The notes beneath the pieces are model-generated. The model was not told where the DNA came from. It searched no databases and saw only the letters and a program-made list of their open reading frames with translations. A DNA stretch of 64,000 nt from Betaproteobacteria bacterium. GTDB taxonomy: Bacteria > Acidobacteriota > Vicinamibacteria > Vicinamibacterales > CAVVIG01. Numbering within the stretch: position 1 is the stretch's first letter; each line of letters starts with the position of its first letter. The stretch is from positions 7,059 through 71,058 of the forward strand of contig JBLMXQ010000040.1 of the NCBI GenBank assembly GCA_050257855.1. Reading direction: 5' to 3'. The position numbers and the translations under genes are program-made. This document shows, piece by piece, positions 62,316-64,000 of this stretch.

Positions 62316-63056
62316 TCATTTCAGGTGCCGGCCGCCATCGATCCGAATCGTCTCCCCGGTCATGAAATCGGAGTGGACGATGGCGAGCACGGCTTTGGCG
62401 ATCTCCAGCTCGCCGCCCCAGCGGCCGAGCGGCGTCGCCTGCTCGACGGCGCGCGACTCTTCGTCGGTCGTCGACGGCGGCGGCAGAATGGGGCCGGGCG
62501 CGATGGCATTGACGAGGATGTCGTCGGCCGCCAGCTCCAGCGCCAGCGCCTCGGTCAGCCCGACGACGCCCGCTTTGGCGACGTAGTACGGCAGGAAACC
62601 CTTGTAGCGCGGCCGGCCGCTCGCCGCAATCCAGTCACTGAAGTTGACGATGCGTCCGCCCTCCCGGGCGCGCATGTGGGGCACCGCGGCCAGCGCGCAG
62701 AGAAACGCCGCCCGCAGGTCGACGCTCATCACGGCATCCCACGACGCGGGCGTCAGCTCCTCGAAGGGCTCGTGCACGTAGACCGACGCCATGTTGACCA
62801 GGACGTCGAGCGCGCCGAGGCTTCGCACCGCTTCGTCGACGAGCCGCGCGCACTCTTCCGGTCGCGAGAGATCGGCCTGCACGAGGGCAGCCCGGCGTCC
62901 GAGCGCCCGCACCCGCGCCGCGGCGTTCTCGGCTTCCGCCCGCGATCGCGCGTACCCGAGCGCGACGTCCGCCCCTTCCCGGGCCAGCTCTTCGGCCACG
63001 ACGGCGCCGATGCGCCTGCCGCCGGTCACGAGTGCAACCCGGTCGTCGAGCTTCAT
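62316..63056 (-). CDS. SDR family oxidoreductase
   Basis: VALVTGGRRIGAVV, NMAS, YYVAKAG (YxxxK), and NAIAPGPI. Confidence 0.88.
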   Translation of the reverse strand: MKLDDRVALVTGGRRIGAVVAEELAREGADVALGYARSRAEAENAAARVRALGRRAALVQADLSRPEECARLVDEAVRSLGALDVLVNMASVYVHEPFEELTPASWDAVMSVDLRAAFLCALAAVPHMRAREGGRIVNFSDWIAASGRPRYKGFLPYYVAKAGVVGLTEALALELAADDILVNAIAPGPILPPPSTTDEESRAVEQATPLGRWGGELEIAKAVLAIVHSDFMTGETIRIDGGRHLK

Positions 63057-63059
63057 CGA

Positions 63060-63716
63060 TCAGGACTGAATCGTGCCCGCGAGGATGAGGCCGAACCGCA
63101 GCGTGCCGGCGTCCTTCCCCGCCCGCGAAACCGCGACCGAGAACACGACGCCCTGCTGACCTGCGTCGTTCGTGTACACCGATCCGGGATCGCTCGACGC
63201 AACCGGCGGATCGAGGCTCCACACGGCCGGGTGAGATGTCCCGTTCGCCTGCTTGGACAGGTTCACGGTGTCGTCGTGCGACAGCGGCGAGGGGCCCGTA
63301 TCCGACTGCGCCGGGACGAGCAGCAGGAACTCCCGATAGGGCGACACGCCGAGGTGATCGCCGTTTTCGGGCTGCAGCGCGTATCGCAGCGTGTAAACGC
63401 CGGGCGCAACCGGCTTCCCCCGCACGTCCGTGTAAGAGCTCGAGAGCCGTACGGCGCCGACGATCGTGCCTTCCTGGACCGACGCCCACGAGATGTCGGC
63501 AGTGGCGGCCTCTAGGGACAGCGACTTCACCCACCAGAACTCCAGCGTCTTGCCGGCAACGGACACCGTCTGGCCGCCCGTGGCCATCACGGCGCGGACC
63601 GGCCCCGCGAGCGCATCGGGCGGCGCGTCGCCGTGCGCGGATACGGCCGGAGTCTGGGCCAGGACGAGCGGAGAGGCGAAGACGCCGAGCAGGAACGCGA
63701 GCAGGAAACGGCGCAT
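63060..63716 (-). CDS. Secreted hypothetical protein
   Basis: The internal ATG 63716 gives the MRRFLLAFLLGVFASPLVLAQ signal peptide. The rest is beta-rich with no recognised motif. Its stop lies 3 nt before the SDR start. Confidence 0.55.
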   Translation of the reverse strand: MRRFLLAFLLGVFASPLVLAQTPAVSAHGDAPPDALAGPVRAVMATGGQTVSVAGKTLEFWWVKSLSLEAATADISWASVQEGTIVGAVRLSSSYTDVRGKPVAPGVYTLRYALQPENGDHLGVSPYREFLLLVPAQSDTGPSPLSHDDTVNLSKQANGTSHPAVWSLDPPVASSDPGSVYTNDAGQQGVVFSVAVSRAGKDAGTLRFGLILAGTIQS

Positions 63717-63746
63717 GGGCGGAACGAATCCGGTCATCTGGTCAGC

Positions 63747-63786
63747 CGGTCATCTGGCGGGCGGCCGCGAGTCCGCCAGATGACCG
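63747..63786 (-). terminator. Perfect 14-bp stem hairpin downstream of the partial CDS at the window end
   Basis: cggtcatctggcgg - gcggccgcgagt - ccgccagatgaccg. It starts 32 nt after the TGA at 63819-63821 (minus strand). No clear U-tract. Confidence 0.5.
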
Positions 63787-63818
63787 TCTGACAAATGACC
63801 AGACGACCAAATCGCAGT

Positions 63819-64000
63819 TCAGTAGCTGAAGCGTCCGAAGAACGCGGAGCGCTTGTCAGGATCGCTCCACTTCGTTCCGAGCGCGCTGCCCGAGAACGCG
63901 TTCTGCAGGGCCACGCCCATCGTCGCGTTGTCGACCGACGAGAGCGGGTGGAACCACTGCATCGCTCCGCAGCTCGGATCGTGGATCATGTGCTTGTTGA
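63819..64000 (-). CDS. C-terminal fragment of an unidentified protein (5' end beyond the window)
   Basis: Minus-strand frame open from the window edge to TGA (complement of 63819-63821). My translation is ...NKHMIHDPSCGAMQWFHPLSSVDNATMGVALQNAFSGSALGTKWSDPDKRSAFFGRFSY*. It is not in the ORF track (edge-truncated) and I do not recognise the family. Confidence 0.45.
   Translation of the reverse strand, partial: NKHMIHDPSCGAMQWFHPLSSVDNATMGVALQNAFSGSALGTKWSDPDKRSAFFGRFSY

Overview
Very GC-rich bacterial chromosomal window (about two-thirds G+C or more by eye, not computed). It is gene-dense: I support about 52 CDS on both strands, and many junctions are 4-nt ATGA/GTGA stop-start overlaps. I saw no rRNA, tRNA, CRISPR array, transposase, integrase or phage genes, and no obvious compositional island; the only low-GC patches are short promoter-like intergenic regions. 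Many long ORFs in the six-frame track are Arg/Ala/Gly/Pro-rich shadow ORFs opposite real genes, as expected at this GC content, and I discarded them. The gene content suggests a proteolytic soil bacterium of the Acidobacteriota/Gemmatimonadota type (inference only): two TonB-dependent receptors with carboxypeptidase-regulatory-like N-termini and eight peptidases (three M28, plus M20, S58, M23, M49 and S9). Housekeeping genes include polA, pcnB, serA, serC, malQ and ku. The most interesting region is a divergently transcribed locus at 10947-26310. An unusual regulator with MerR-HTH, XRE-HTH and cupin domains sits back-to-back with an operon that places a TonB-dependent receptor between a CoA-acylating (methyl)malonate-semialdehyde dehydrogenase, M20 and M28 peptidases and an omega-aminotransferase. 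The regulator also heads an operon of S58 (DmpA/BapA-like) aminopeptidase, Na+/solute symporter, SDR, tartrate/D-malate-dehydrogenase-like enzyme and amidohydrolase. I read this as an uncharacterised uptake and catabolic system for a beta-alanyl (or other beta-amino) amide or peptide, with pantothenate-type degradation as one concrete, testable hypothesis. Other notable items are a ~410-bp structured repeat element with inverted termini (8831-9238), an 18-nt module reiterated three times at the 3' end of a gene, a PadR/HAAS-headed aromatic-amine cluster, and several apparently leaderless promoters. All functional calls come from reading the translations for motifs; no database search was run.
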